A stretch of 64,000 nucleotides of DNA from an uncultured delta proteobacterium. GTDB lineage: Bacteria > Desulfobacterota > Desulfobacteria > Desulfobacterales > UBA2156. The notes below the pieces were generated by a model, which was not told where the DNA came from, ran no database searches, and worked only from the letters and a program-made list of their open reading frames with translations. Position 1 is the first letter of the stretch; the number at the start of each line of letters is the position of its first letter. A program made the translations under genes and the position numbers. Shown here one piece after another: positions 9,027 through 20,198 of the stretch. The stretch covers positions 256,001 through 320,000 of the forward strand of contig CAVTQK010000021.1 in assembly GCA_963736855.1 (NCBI GenBank), read 5' to 3'.

Positions 9027-10403
9027 ATGGAACTTAAAAAAAAGATTCTTTGTATCGGTGCGGGCTACGTAGGCGGACCCACCATGGCCATGATCGCTTT
9101 CAAATGCCCCGATTACCAGGTGACGGTTGTGGATATCAACCCGGATAAGATCGCCCAGTGGAACTCGGATCGGCTTCCTATTTTCGAGCCGAGACTCGAT
9201 GCCATTGTGGAGGCCGTGCGAGGGAAGAACCTTTTTTTCAGCACCGACATTGAAAAGGGCATTCGGGAAAACGACATTATTTTTGTCAGCGTCAATACAC
9301 CCACTAAAAATTTTGGTGCCGGAAGCGGTATGGCCGCCGACCTACAATACTGGGAAAAGACTGCCCGGCAAATTGTAGAGCATTCTAAGTCTGCGAAAAT
9401 AATTATTGAAAAGAGCACCTTACCGGTGAAAACCGCCCAAGCTATGGAACGGATTCTCAAGGTAAATAGCAGAACTAACCGATTTGAAGTCCTTTCCAAC
9501 CCGGAGTTTTTAGCGGAAGGAAGCGCTGTAAAAGACCTGGAAAGCCCGGATCGAATTCTCATCGGTTCTCATCGGACACCGGAAGGTCTAAAGGCACAAG
9601 AGTCTCTTGTCGATATCTATACCCGATGGGTTCCGCGGGACCGAATCCTTACCTGTGATATTTGGAGTAGCGAACTTTCCAAGCTGGTATCCAACGCTTT
9701 TCTGGCGCAACGGGTTTCTTCAATCAACGCCATTTCGGCCTTGTGTGAAAAAACTGACGCCGATGTGACCCAAGTGGCCAAGGCCGTCGGAATGGATAAC
9801 CGGATCGGAAATCGGTTTCTCAACGCCAGCGTCGGTTTCGGAGGATCGTGTTTCCAGAAAGATATTCTTAACCTTGTATATCTTTGTCGAAATTACGGTC
9901 TTGACGAAGTCGCAGACTACTGGGAAGGGGTTGTCAAAATCAACAACCATCAGAAAGAGCGCTTCGTCCTCAACATGCTCAATGCCATGTTTAACACATT
10001 GGCGGGGAAAAAAATTTGTATCTTCGGATTTGCCTTCAAAGCCAATACCGGGGACACCAGGGAAAGCCCGGCAATATCTATTTCGAAAAGGCTTTTGGAA
10101 GAAAGGGCTGAGCTCATCATTACCGATCCCAAGGCCCTGTCAAACGCTAAAGTTGATTTAAGCGGAATCGACCAGCAGGTAAAGTATATCGAGGACCCTT
10201 ACAAGGCGGCCAGCGGAACCCATGCCATTGCCGTGTTGACCGAGTGGGATCTCTACCAGACACTTGATTTTGAGAAAATTTTTAACTCTATGGTTCATCC
10301 GACTTTTATTTTTGACGGGAGAAATATACTTGATCATAAAGCGATGTTTCAGATCGGATTCAATGTCTATCCTGTCGGAAAACCGCCCCTGACCCATTTT
10401 TAG
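9027..10403 (+). CDS. ugd: UDP-glucose 6-dehydrogenase
   Basis: [49 protein letters not shown]. Confidence 0.95.
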   Translation: MELKKKILCIGAGYVGGPTMAMIAFKCPDYQVTVVDINPDKIAQWNSDRLPIFEPRLDAIVEAVRGKNLFFSTDIEKGIRENDIIFVSVNTPTKNFGAGSGMAADLQYWEKTARQIVEHSKSAKIIIEKSTLPVKTAQAMERILKVNSRTNRFEVLSNPEFLAEGSAVKDLESPDRILIGSHRTPEGLKAQESLVDIYTRWVPRDRILTCDIWSSELSKLVSNAFLAQRVSSINAISALCEKTDADVTQVAKAVGMDNRIGNRFLNASVGFGGSCFQKDILNLVYLCRNYGLDEVADYWEGVVKINNHQKERFVLNMLNAMFNTLAGKKICIFGFAFKANTGDTRESPAISISKRLLEERAELIITDPKALSNAKVDLSGIDQQVKYIEDPYKAASGTHAIAVLTEWDLYQTLDFEKIFNSMVHPTFIFDGRNILDHKAMFQIGFNVYPVGKPPLTHF

Positions 10404-10417
10404 AAAGATCGGAAAAA

Positions 10418-11395
10418 ATGCACAGGCAGAAACGAATTCTGGTTACCGGCGGCGCCGGCTTCTTGGGCTCGCATCTGTGTGACCGGCTGGTGGGCGAAGG
10501 GCATGACGTGCTTTGCCTGGACAATTTTTTCACCGGCACCAAGAAAAACATCGCACATCTCGTCGGAAAACCGAACTTCGAGCTGATCCGCCATGATCTG
10601 GTCCATCCCATATTCATCGAAACGGATGAGATTTATAACCTCGCCTGCCCGGCTTCTCCGGTGCATTACCAGTACAATCCGGTCAAGACCGTGAAAACCT
10701 CGGTCATGGGCGCCATCCACATGCTGGGGCTGGCCAAGCGGGTTCGGGCCAAGATCCTCCAGGCCTCCAGCAGCGAAGTATACGGAAATCCCACGGTACA
10801 TCCCCAAGAAGAATCCTACTGGGGAAATGTGAATCCCATCGGACCCAGGTCCTGTTACGATGAGGGAAAGCGTTGTGCGGAAACGCTCTTTTTTGATTAT
10901 CACCGACAAAACCAGGTGAACATCCGCGTGGTTCGGATCTTTAACACCTACGGTCCTCGAATGTACCCCGACGACGGCCGGGTGGTGAGCAATTTCATTG
11001 TCCAGGCTCTTAAAAACCAGGATGTGACGGTTTTCGGCGACGGCTCCCAGACACGCTCTTTTTGCTTCGTTGACGACATGATCGACGGAATGATCCGCAT
11101 GATGAACGGACCGGACGACTTCATCGGTCCGGTAAATTTGGGAAGCTCTGACGAATATACGGTGATGGAGCTTGCGAAAAAGATCATCACCCTTACCGGT
11201 TCTCGATCCAGGATAGTATTTGCGAATCTTCCTGTCGATGATCCTGTCCAACGCCGCCCAGACGTTCATCTGGCCCGTGAAAAACTTGGTTGGGAAACTC
11301 GAATGGGTTTACAAGAGGGTATGGAAAAATCAATTGAGTATTTTCGAAGCATTCTATCCGATAAAGATCTAAATTCAGTTTCAAAGGTATCATGA
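10418..11395 (+). CDS. uxs: UDP-glucuronate decarboxylase (UDP-xylose synthase)
   Basis: [49 protein letters not shown]. Confidence 0.92.
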   Translation: MHRQKRILVTGGAGFLGSHLCDRLVGEGHDVLCLDNFFTGTKKNIAHLVGKPNFELIRHDLVHPIFIETDEIYNLACPASPVHYQYNPVKTVKTSVMGAIHMLGLAKRVRAKILQASSSEVYGNPTVHPQEESYWGNVNPIGPRSCYDEGKRCAETLFFDYHRQNQVNIRVVRIFNTYGPRMYPDDGRVVSNFIVQALKNQDVTVFGDGSQTRSFCFVDDMIDGMIRMMNGPDDFIGPVNLGSSDEYTVMELAKKIITLTGSRSRIVFANLPVDDPVQRRPDVHLAREKLGWETRMGLQEGMEKSIEYFRSILSDKDLNSVSKVS

Positions 11396-12015
11396 AAAAA
11401 GCTAATTCAAACAACTGCATTCGGTTTGATGGATTCGTATCGCGCAACGATCGTGAACGGCTTCACGGTCACAAAGGGGCGGTCGTTTGGTTTACCGGTT
11501 TTTCGGCCTCGGGAAAATCCACCATCGCCCATCTTCTGGAAAAGCTGCTTCATGACAGGGGATGTTCAACGTACGTCTTTGACGGTGATAACGTACGCCA
11601 TGGTCTATGCGCCGACCTGGCGTTTTCACAAACCGACCGCACGGAAAATCTCCGGCGTATCGGCGAGATGACCCGGCTTTTTATAGATGCGGGGATCATC
11701 GCCATTACAGCTTTTATTTCCCCATTTCGGAAAGACCGTCAGAAGCTGAAAGCCTGTTTTGCCGCTGGAGACTTTTTTGAAATATATGTCCAGTGTCCCT
11801 TGGAGGTCTGTGAAAAAAGAGATAAAAAAGGGATATACAAGTTGGCGCGAGAAGGAGTCATAAAGGAATTTACGGGGATTTCCTCTCCTTACGAAGTTCC
11901 TGAATCTCCGGATCTGATTATTCGATCGAATGAAATGACCCCTGAGGAGGCTGCCCAAAAAACCCTCGCTCTGTTGGAAAAAGAAAATATCATGCCGGGT
12001 CGAATCTCCATATGA
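11392..12015 (+). CDS. cysC: adenylyl-sulfate kinase
   Basis: [36 protein letters not shown]. Confidence 0.95.
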   Translation: MKKANSNNCIRFDGFVSRNDRERLHGHKGAVVWFTGFSASGKSTIAHLLEKLLHDRGCSTYVFDGDNVRHGLCADLAFSQTDRTENLRRIGEMTRLFIDAGIIAITAFISPFRKDRQKLKACFAAGDFFEIYVQCPLEVCEKRDKKGIYKLAREGVIKEFTGISSPYEVPESPDLIIRSNEMTPEEAAQKTLALLEKENIMPGRISI

Positions 12016-12067
12016 ACGGTATCTTATTGATATGATAGAAATTATCTATTGAATAAAGATTTGATTG

Positions 12068-12871
12068 ATGCTTAAGAGCTTTTATTTTTTTATGCGCCTG
12101 ATCATCTCGCAAAAACACCTGATTATTTCAATGGCAAAACGAGAAATTCTAACCCAATATATCGGATCACTTCTCGGTTTTATTTGGACTTTCATCCACC
12201 CATTGATTTTGATTTTGATCTTATGGTTGGTATTCAGCGTCGGGTTCAGGGTAAAACCCACCGAAAATGTTCCCTTTGTGGTATGGTTGACGGCCGGCAT
12301 GGCTGCCTGGATCGTTTTTGCAGATATTGTCAATGGTTCCGCTAATATTCTCGTCGCCAACGCACATTTGATTAAAAAGACATTGTTTCAATCCCAAATA
12401 TTGCCGGTCGTTAAAGTTGCATCTTCTTTGATAACCCATGGGATTTTTTTATCCGTGCTTATCGGGCTGATTTTGATTTTGGGCCTTCCGTTCAGTTTTT
12501 ATTTTCTGCAATTTTTTTATTATCTATCATGTTTAATCATCTTGGCGTTAGGGTTCGGGTGGATCGTTTCTTCTTTAAACGTGTTTATGAGAGATGTCGG
12601 ACAAATGGTGAGTGTTCTCCTTCAGATCGGTTTTTGGGCCACTCCGATCTTCTGGGATATCCGCATTATGCCTGCTGAAATTCAATTTATTTTAAAGTTA
12701 AACCCGATGTTTTATATCGTTCAGGGATACCGGGAAACATTTATTTATTTCTTACCCTTTTGGGTACATCCCTTACAAACCGCATATTTCTGGGTCCTGG
12801 CTTCAGTGATCTTTATTTTTGGAGCCAGAGTTTTTCAAAAATTGAAGCCTCAATTTGCCGATGTGTTGTGA
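12068..12871 (+). CDS. wzm: ABC-2 polysaccharide exporter permease
   Basis: YIGSLLGFIW, RDVGQ..FWATPIFW, LNPMFYIVQGYR, FADVL. Confidence 0.9.
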   Translation: MLKSFYFFMRLIISQKHLIISMAKREILTQYIGSLLGFIWTFIHPLILILILWLVFSVGFRVKPTENVPFVVWLTAGMAAWIVFADIVNGSANILVANAHLIKKTLFQSQILPVVKVASSLITHGIFLSVLIGLILILGLPFSFYFLQFFYYLSCLIILALGFGWIVSSLNVFMRDVGQMVSVLLQIGFWATPIFWDIRIMPAEIQFILKLNPMFYIVQGYRETFIYFLPFWVHPLQTAYFWVLASVIFIFGARVFQKLKPQFADVL

Positions 12872-14211
12872 TGTCCGTGATGAAGAAAAAAGCTGCGATA
12901 GCAGTCGAAAACGTTACGAAAGCCTATAAGCTCTATGATCGCCGTTTGGAAAGGATCATAGAAACATTTCATCCTTTTAAAAAAAAATACCATAAGCACT
13001 TTTTTGCTTTAAAGGACGTATCGTTTGAGGTTAAAAAAGGGGAGGCGGTTGGAGTAATCGGAAGAAACGGAAGCGGAAAATCCACCCTGTTGCAAATTCT
13101 TTGCGGCATTTTAAAGCCGACGGCAGGAACCGTAAAAGTCGACGGCCGTGTTACGGCGCTTCTTGAACTTGGCGCAGGGTTTAATCCCGAATTCACGGGT
13201 AAAGAAAATGTTTATTTAAACGGAGCAATTCTGGGCTTCAACAAGAAAGAAATGGATGCCCGGTACGAAAAAATCCTCAACTTCGCTGAGATCGGCGAAT
13301 TCATCGATAAACCCGTTAAAACCTTCTCAAGCGGAATGTATGTTCGACTGGCTTTTGCGGTTCAAACCTGCATGGATCCGGATATTCTGATCGTGGATGA
13401 GGCCCTGAGTGTCGGCGATTTTTTCTTTCAGCAAAAATGCATGAAGCACATGCTTTCCATGCGTCAAAACGGAGTCACTTTGATATTCGTTTCTCATGAC
13501 TCATCGATGATTCGCGATTTATGCGACAAGGTGCTTTATCTGAAAAACGGTCGAACCATGTTTTTCGGCCCCAGTCAACAAGCCATTCAACACTATTATC
13601 ATGAAGAATCCATGCAATCCTATCCTGATGAATGCGTGCTGGACGAAAATCTCGAACAAAAATTCCACATTCATACGGAACCATCCAATATTGTTGATAT
13701 ATTGAAGGAGAAAGCCGTTTGGACGGCGGACAGCATTGAAAATGAAGAATCGAAAGAAGCAAAACTACTGGCGGTTTTAGTGCTGAACGACCGAAACGAG
13801 ACCACTCTCAAGGCCAATGTAGGAGAGAGAATTAAGTTCAAGGTGTTATATCGCTTACTTGCCGAAGAGCCGATCCATGTCACGCTGACGATAAAAAACC
13901 GATATAATCAGATCATTAATTGCAATGGATCTTATCTGAGCAGCATAGAGCCTTTAAGGGCAATAAAAGGTTCGTACATGTTGTTTGAAATGACGATGGA
14001 TTGCATGATCGAGCTGGGATTTTATTCGTTTTCTTTCAATTTATGTAAAATTACGCTGCCTAATCGAGGAATTACCGTTGATGAAACCCCGTGGTTGGGG
14101 CCGTTGGCGATTAACTGGGACTATGAAAACGAAAAAGCGCCATTTCTGGGCATGTTTAATATTCCCTTTTATAACGCCAAATTTATGCCGGCAGATGAGA
14201 GTTGTTTTTAG
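12871..14211 (+). CDS. wzt: ABC polysaccharide exporter ATPase with C-terminal carbohydrate-binding domain
   Basis: GRNGSGKST, LELGAGFNPEFTG, FSSGMYVRLAF, DEALSVGD, plus a C-terminal extension. ATG overlaps the wzm stop. Confidence 0.92.
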   Translation: MSVMKKKAAIAVENVTKAYKLYDRRLERIIETFHPFKKKYHKHFFALKDVSFEVKKGEAVGVIGRNGSGKSTLLQILCGILKPTAGTVKVDGRVTALLELGAGFNPEFTGKENVYLNGAILGFNKKEMDARYEKILNFAEIGEFIDKPVKTFSSGMYVRLAFAVQTCMDPDILIVDEALSVGDFFFQQKCMKHMLSMRQNGVTLIFVSHDSSMIRDLCDKVLYLKNGRTMFFGPSQQAIQHYYHEESMQSYPDECVLDENLEQKFHIHTEPSNIVDILKEKAVWTADSIENEESKEAKLLAVLVLNDRNETTLKANVGERIKFKVLYRLLAEEPIHVTLTIKNRYNQIINCNGSYLSSIEPLRAIKGSYMLFEMTMDCMIELGFYSFSFNLCKITLPNRGITVDETPWLGPLAINWDYENEKAPFLGMFNIPFYNAKFMPADESCF

Positions 14212-14379
14212 CCCGATCATCCGAATTGGAGAGAGAGGAAAACAATCAGAGCAATTCAGCCGCTACATGTCCAAGTTGAAAAATTCAGATCGTGGTTAAA
14301 GCCGAAAGTCGGAAGGCTTGATCTTCACCCGCCAAGACCGATTAAAATTCCTGGAAAATATTTTAAAAAAAGAGAGTGT

Positions 14380-15168
14380 GTGAATTATCCTAAAATTTCA
14401 ATGGTGACACCATCATTGAACAGCGTCGATTTCATTGAAGATACCATTAAAAGCGTGTTGGACCAGAATTATCCGAGTCTGGAATATGTCATCCAGGATG
14501 GAGGATCTCGGGATGGAACAACCGAAATAATACAAAAATATGGCGACCAACTGCTTAGATGGGAATCCAGAAGTGACAAAGGGCAGGCATCTGCCATTAA
14601 TGAGGGATATCAAGAAACCGGCGGCGAGATCATGGCGTATCTGAATGCAGACGATGTTCTTCTTCCCGGATCCCTTCATTATATTGCTAGGTGTTTTGAG
14701 AGATATGCTGATATCGATGTGATCTATGGTCATCGGATATTGATCAATGAAAAAAACATGGAAATCGGTCGGTGGGTTTTACCCCCGCATTGCAACTATA
14801 CCATTTTATGGCATGATTTTATCCCTCAAGAGACCCTTTTCTGGAGAAGAAGCATATGGGATAAAACGGGTGGATATCTGGATGAGAGTTTTCAGTTTGC
14901 AATGGACTGGGATCTCATTCTCCGGTTTCGAGCAGTAGGGGCGAGATTCAAGCGCCTCCCCAGATTCTTAGGGGCCATGCGGATCCACGCAAACATGAAA
15001 AGCATCAGGAGTATTAACGATATCGGAAACAGGGAAATGGACCGTCTGCGGGAGCGTTGGCAGGATCAAAGACTGTCCGATGAAAGCCAGGAAAAGTATA
15101 TCAAGAGATATCTTTTTCATCATGTCGTTTTTGACAAATTGTATTTGGCAGGATTGTTACGCTATTAA
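14380..15168 (+). CDS. GT2 glycosyltransferase
   Basis: ISMVTPSLN, DGGSRDGT, YLNADD, AMDWDL. The open frame extends upstream, so the true start may be earlier. Confidence 0.88.
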   Translation: MNYPKISMVTPSLNSVDFIEDTIKSVLDQNYPSLEYVIQDGGSRDGTTEIIQKYGDQLLRWESRSDKGQASAINEGYQETGGEIMAYLNADDVLLPGSLHYIARCFERYADIDVIYGHRILINEKNMEIGRWVLPPHCNYTILWHDFIPQETLFWRRSIWDKTGGYLDESFQFAMDWDLILRFRAVGARFKRLPRFLGAMRIHANMKSIRSINDIGNREMDRLRERWQDQRLSDESQEKYIKRYLFHHVVFDKLYLAGLLRY

Positions 15169-15190
15169 TACCGGCTTCAAATCCTGCTGA

Positions 15191-18160
15191 ATGAATATTC
15201 GAGCAAACCAGATGAATCGTTTACTAAAGATCGGAATAATATGCCTTGCAGTCATTGTATGTTCAGTTGCGGTTCATCTTATCTATTCGATACGGCAGCC
15301 ATCCCGCGCATCACTTGAAGTGACGTTGAATACGGAATCACCCGACAACTTTAAAATTTACTGGGCGTTGGAAAACGATGAATTTAATGAGACAAAAAGC
15401 TGCTCGGTTGAAATCATTCCAACAAACAGCGAATATCGGCTTAATCTTTCAGACTTTAAAGAGGTCGAGAAGCTACGCATTGATCCGATGGAAAATACCG
15501 GGCGCCTGACAATCAAGCAAATAACCCTTACCCAAGTCGGATATGCCCCGGTTGAATTTAAAACAGAGGAGCAATTTAAATCTCTCTATCCTGCTAATCA
15601 GATAAGAGCGCTTAATTTTTCCTCAAAAGGTCTTATGGTCGTTTCAGAAGGCGACGATCCTCAATTGGAAGTCAGGATCGTCCCTTCCGTCAGTTACTTC
15701 AGTTATGTTCAAAATAGCTTCATGAAAATGTATAGAAGCAGTTTGGGATTGTTTTTTGAAAGAGCGTCATACCTCGGATTAGAGCCAATCTCTTTTGCAT
15801 TTTTCTTTATTGATTTCCTGATCATCGTAAGCATTTCCGCTTCCATTCTCAGGATCATGAGATTTGATTTTGGTGACAGCACTTCAACGGCGGTGGCTGC
15901 AGGTATAATGTTTTTTTGCATGGTAGTGCTCTCAACAATGCTCATGGGTGTTTTCAAGCTGTTGACATGGAAGTGCATATCGGTTTTTCATTTGCTCCTG
16001 TGGATCGGGGTACATACCTACCTTTCTTTAAATCAGAAAAAGCGATTTATCCTTTCCGCCCTCGATAGTTTTACCGGTCTTGTCAATTCAATATTTACTC
16101 CTTTTAAAACAGTCGCGAATAGAAAAAATTGGGGAAAGGAGTCTTTTCTTACATCAATACTCATTATCACCATCACAATTATCCTGATAATATATTTCAT
16201 CCCCAGTGTTTTTACGTTGCCGCTTAATTTTGATTCCAATAATTACCGTCTTCCAAGGATAGGATATTGGCTTCAAGAAAGGAACCTATACCACTATAAT
16301 GCACTGGATCCCAGACAACTATATATGCCGATTAATGCAGATTTGGTGATGTTATGGGCGACATCATTTTTTAATCAGGGATATCCACTGGTTCACCTTC
16401 CACAATTTTTAGGCGGGGTGTTGAGCTGTATTTCAACGTTTGCAATCGGAAGAAAAGTCGGTCTTACGAAATTGTTTTCATTGGCCGCTGCTTTGTTTTT
16501 TTTGGGAATTCCAAACAGCGCAAGCCAAATGTTTACATCTCAGACGGATTTGTTTACAACCGGATGCTTGGTTGCAGGTATTTATTTTTTATTTGACGGG
16601 CTGAAAACGGGATCAGCAAAATTCTATTTGCTTTTCGGATTAGGATTAGGATTGGCGGTTGGGGCGAAGGGAACGGTTTTTTTTTGGGGTCCGGGGCTTG
16701 CGGTACTGTTTCTAGGATTGATGGTCTACCAGAGACCAAAGTTAAGCAAGGTTGTTTCCGGATTATTATTGGCAGTCGTCGCAATGGTCGGCATCGGCGG
16801 ATTCAATTACGCACAAAATTTATTAACCTATAAAAATATTTTGGCACCTTCTGAAAAAGTAGTCTTTGAGACATTCCCAAAACATACAAACCGATCCATG
16901 AGCGAGAGCGTATTGATTCGAGCCATGGCTCTTTTTTGGCAGGTTTTTGACCCAAGTTCAAACATACCTATTCTCCATCCGATTACGAATGCCGGATTGA
17001 AAAATATGGAGAAACAGATCAGAAGCCGCATGGAAGGATTGAAATCCCCATATGTAAAGCGATTTGACAAGGCAACCAGATGGATCGGAAGCCAGAAGCT
17101 CAATGAAGACTATATGACTTTTGGATTTTTAAGCCTTCTTTTATTCGGTCTCGGTGGAATGACGGCAGGGTTCAATATGTTGCGGTTCAGAGATTCGAAA
17201 GCTATTCCGGTCCTATTGATCGCTATATCGGTAATAGTTTATTTCATTTTTTTCCCTATAGTGAGGGGATGGTCGGTTCATCAATATCGGTATGCAGTTA
17301 TATTGACGCCATTTATGAGCATCGTTTCCCTGTATTTTTTTCAAAATGTTTTTTATGCTCTCACGATATCATCGTTAAAGGCAGTTGTCGCCACCATCAT
17401 CTTCGTGGTCCTTTTAGGGCAAACATATATGGCATTTTACATTTCTTTTAATAGTCTGAATCATGGATGGAATGCTATTTTAAGATTTAAAAAACGACCA
17501 AATTACTACTATTTGTCTGAAATGAATAAATTGTTAAAAAAATTTGAGGACAAACAATACAAAATCGGGCTGCTGGTCGGAAAAGGACCTTGGACATCAG
17601 TCTTTTATCGTCGCCCGTTGCATCACCATATTACATATTTAAATCTCCCGTTGCCGAAGACAATCGACTTCGATTATTTTATAAAAAACAATATTGATGT
17701 CATGGTCATTCAGCATTGGTCAGGTGTAAGGCTTAAAGGAGATTACAACGTTTATCAGACCAAGCAAAATCTCGCAGCCATCATGCCTTGCAATAAATCC
17801 GAGAATTGCCATCCGTGGATATCTCACAAGGATATGTTTGATGATCGATGGCTTGCCTCGGAAGGTTCATTTCAACTAGGAAATTGGCCAAAGTCAATAT
17901 TTGATTGGAAGCTTTCAAATCCAACTCCGCTACAAAGGAAAATCATATTGTCTTCTTCTTTAGATATTAAAGAAATCGATATTTCTGCTGATCAGTCAGA
18001 TTTTTTTAATGCCAGTCTTAAAATTGCTGAAAATGATACAATAGAATGGAAAATTATTCCTTCCTACATACCTAAGAAGCATATGGATTCAAAAGATGAA
18101 AGAAAACTTGGGTTAAAATATTTTCTTAAACCGATAAGCATAAATGAAGACAAAAAATAG
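15191..18160 (+). CDS. large polytopic membrane protein, GT-C (ArnT/PMT-like) candidate
   Basis: 989 aa; extracytoplasmic N-terminal domain, more than 10 TM segments, DSNNYRLPR, QTDLF and GAKGT motifs. Confidence 0.65.
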   Translation: MNIRANQMNRLLKIGIICLAVIVCSVAVHLIYSIRQPSRASLEVTLNTESPDNFKIYWALENDEFNETKSCSVEIIPTNSEYRLNLSDFKEVEKLRIDPMENTGRLTIKQITLTQVGYAPVEFKTEEQFKSLYPANQIRALNFSSKGLMVVSEGDDPQLEVRIVPSVSYFSYVQNSFMKMYRSSLGLFFERASYLGLEPISFAFFFIDFLIIVSISASILRIMRFDFGDSTSTAVAAGIMFFCMVVLSTMLMGVFKLLTWKCISVFHLLLWIGVHTYLSLNQKKRFILSALDSFTGLVNSIFTPFKTVANRKNWGKESFLTSILIITITIILIIYFIPSVFTLPLNFDSNNYRLPRIGYWLQERNLYHYNALDPRQLYMPINADLVMLWATSFFNQGYPLVHLPQFLGGVLSCISTFAIGRKVGLTKLFSLAAALFFLGIPNSASQMFTSQTDLFTTGCLVAGIYFLFDGLKTGSAKFYLLFGLGLGLAVGAKGTVFFWGPGLAVLFLGLMVYQRPKLSKVVSGLLLAVVAMVGIGGFNYAQNLLTYKNILAPSEKVVFETFPKHTNRSMSESVLIRAMALFWQVFDPSSNIPILHPITNAGLKNMEKQIRSRMEGLKSPYVKRFDKATRWIGSQKLNEDYMTFGFLSLLLFGLGGMTAGFNMLRFRDSKAIPVLLIAISVIVYFIFFPIVRGWSVHQYRYAVILTPFMSIVSLYFFQNVFYALTISSLKAVVATIIFVVLLGQTYMAFYISFNSLNHGWNAILRFKKRPNYYYLSEMNKLLKKFEDKQYKIGLLVGKGPWTSVFYRRPLHHHITYLNLPLPKTIDFDYFIKNNIDVMVIQHWSGVRLKGDYNVYQTKQNLAAIMPCNKSENCHPWISHKDMFDDRWLASEGSFQLGNWPKSIFDWKLSNPTPLQRKIILSSSLDIKEIDISADQSDFFNASLKIAENDTIEWKIIPSYIPKKHMDSKDERKLGLKYFLKPISINEDKK

Positions 18161-19108
18161 ATGAAAAAAAATATTAAATTGATTATACAAATACCATGTT
18201 TTAATGAAGAAGAGTCGCTTCCGGTCACTTTAAAAGAATTGCCGAGAGAACTTGCAGGAATCGACCAAGTTGAATGGCTCATCATTGATGACGGAAGCAC
18301 GGATAAAACCGTTGACGTTGCAAAAGAGCACGGTGTAGATCATATCATTTCCCATTCCAGAAATTTTGGTTTAGCCAAGGCATTCATGACAGGTATAAGA
18401 GCGTGTCTTGAGCTCGGAGCAGACATTATTGTCAATACAGATGCGGATAATCAATATTCAGCAGAAAGTATTCCGGAACTAATACGCCCGATACTCGAAA
18501 ATCGAGCTGATTTTGTCATCGGGGCACGTCCCATTGACGATATAAAAGAATTTTCTCTGGCAAAAAAAGTATTTCAAAAAATTGGAAGCTGGGTTGTAAG
18601 AATTGCAAGTAATACCAGAATTCCGGATGCCCCAAGCGGTTTTCGAGCTATTTCGAGTAAGGCAGCAAAAGAATTCAATATATTTAATAATTATACCTAC
18701 ACCATAGAAACGATCATTCAGGCAGGACAAAAAAATATCGCCATGGAATGGGTCCCTGTTAAAACTAATAAAATGATAAGACAATCCAGGCTTATTAAAA
18801 GCGTTCCGAATTATTTGTTCAGGTCATTTGTTACTATTATTAGGATTTTTGTTGTATATCGACCCTTTCGTTTTTTTATGACCATCGGCCTGATTCTTTT
18901 AACTCCAGGTTGCCTTTTAGGAGTCAGATATTTGATATACTATTTCACCGTCGGTGGCGTTGGACACATTCAGTCTCTGATTTTATCGAGCATTTTAATG
19001 GGGATGGGATTTCAAACCATTATGATTGCTTTTGTGGTTGATCTTTTAAGTGTCAATAGAAGACTCCTGGAAGAAATGCTATACAAATCCAGGGAGAAAA
19101 AGATCTGA
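18161..19108 (+). CDS. GT2 polyprenol-phosphate glycosyltransferase-like protein
   Basis: IPCFNEE, DDGSTD, NTDADNQY, DAPSGFRA; two C-terminal TM helices. Confidence 0.88.
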   Translation: MKKNIKLIIQIPCFNEEESLPVTLKELPRELAGIDQVEWLIIDDGSTDKTVDVAKEHGVDHIISHSRNFGLAKAFMTGIRACLELGADIIVNTDADNQYSAESIPELIRPILENRADFVIGARPIDDIKEFSLAKKVFQKIGSWVVRIASNTRIPDAPSGFRAISSKAAKEFNIFNNYTYTIETIIQAGQKNIAMEWVPVKTNKMIRQSRLIKSVPNYLFRSFVTIIRIFVVYRPFRFFMTIGLILLTPGCLLGVRYLIYYFTVGGVGHIQSLILSSILMGMGFQTIMIAFVVDLLSVNRRLLEEMLYKSREKKI

Positions 19109-19142
19109 ATTCAGTTATAAGGTAAGATCTGTTTATTGTATT

Positions 19143-20198
19143 ATGCGACTATTAGTTGAATTTTCTCACCCTGCACAAGTTCATAAATTTAAGCATGTAT
19201 TCAATGGGTTGATACATAAGGGACATAAAATTCTCATTTTAGCCCGCAAAAAGGATGTGATGACACATCTCCTCGATGTCTACCGTCTGCCTTACAAATG
19301 CATCAGCAGGGCCGGAGACGATCTTAAAGAAATGATGGCCGAACTGATCATTCGGGAATTCAGAACATTGAAAGAAACCCTAAAGTTTAAGCCAGATCTG
19401 ATGCTGTCCGCACATTCGGTTGCGATTACCCATATCGGTTGGCTTTTAAGAATACCGGTGATCCTGCATGACGACACAGAACATGCTTCCTTGCAACAAA
19501 AACTATATCTGCCGTTTGCGGATTACATCGTTACATCAACCGTTTATCAAAAAGACTTTGGACCAAAACATTTTAGGCTCAACTCATTGGAACCTCTGGC
19601 CTATCTTCATCCGGATCATTTTAAAGCCGATCCAGAAATCATCAAAAAATATGGGTTGACAGAAAATATTTCTTACGGCGTTTTAAGGTTTGTATCATGG
19701 AATGCTGCTCATGATACCCATTTGAATGTGAAATCATCATCAGAGAAAATAGTACATTTAATAGAGCGACTGTGTTCGATGGGAATCCGTAAAATCGTTT
19801 TATCTACAGAAAATAATGGGTTAAAAATCAAACACCCCGCGGTTTTCTCAGTCCAGCCTGAAGATTTGCATCATGTTTTGGCATTTTCGAATATTTGTAT
19901 ATCTGAAGGAGGATCCATAGCAAATGAAGCAGCGGTGTTGGGAATTCCGACTATTTTGATAAATCCTTTGAAAGCAGGAATTTTTGATTCTCTGGAGTCT
20001 TATGGACTTCTGATAAGAGCTGAGGATATCAATGAGGCTTGTGAAAAGGCCTCTCTTTTTTTGAGGGATCCTTCGACGAAAATTAGGGTAGAAGAATCTC
20101 GAAAAAGGCTTTTACGAGATAAAGAAAACATGGCAAAAGCAATGGAAATTTTTTTATTATCACGGCTTAATCAAAGAAAAACAGCATTAAAACAATAA
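19143..20198 (+). CDS. DUF354-like GT-B fold protein
   Basis: HPAQVH.FK, DDTEHA, LAYLHP..F, LRFVSWNAAHD, EAAVLGIP. Confidence 0.8.
   Translation: MRLLVEFSHPAQVHKFKHVFNGLIHKGHKILILARKKDVMTHLLDVYRLPYKCISRAGDDLKEMMAELIIREFRTLKETLKFKPDLMLSAHSVAITHIGWLLRIPVILHDDTEHASLQQKLYLPFADYIVTSTVYQKDFGPKHFRLNSLEPLAYLHPDHFKADPEIIKKYGLTENISYGVLRFVSWNAAHDTHLNVKSSSEKIVHLIERLCSMGIRKIVLSTENNGLKIKHPAVFSVQPEDLHHVLAFSNICISEGGSIANEAAVLGIPTILINPLKAGIFDSLESYGLLIRAEDINEACEKASLFLRDPSTKIRVEESRKRLLRDKENMAKAMEIFLLSRLNQRKTALKQ

Noticed and set aside
10400..11269. 289-aa minus-strand ORF
   Set aside because: Lies wholly antisense to the well-supported UDP-xylose synthase; typical shadow ORF.
14212..14379. Open frame continuing from the wzt TAG into the GT2 gene, suggesting stop-codon readthrough fusion
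   Set aside because: A single missing base near the A-run at 14279-14283 joining an upstream ATG explains it equally well; there is no recoding signal.
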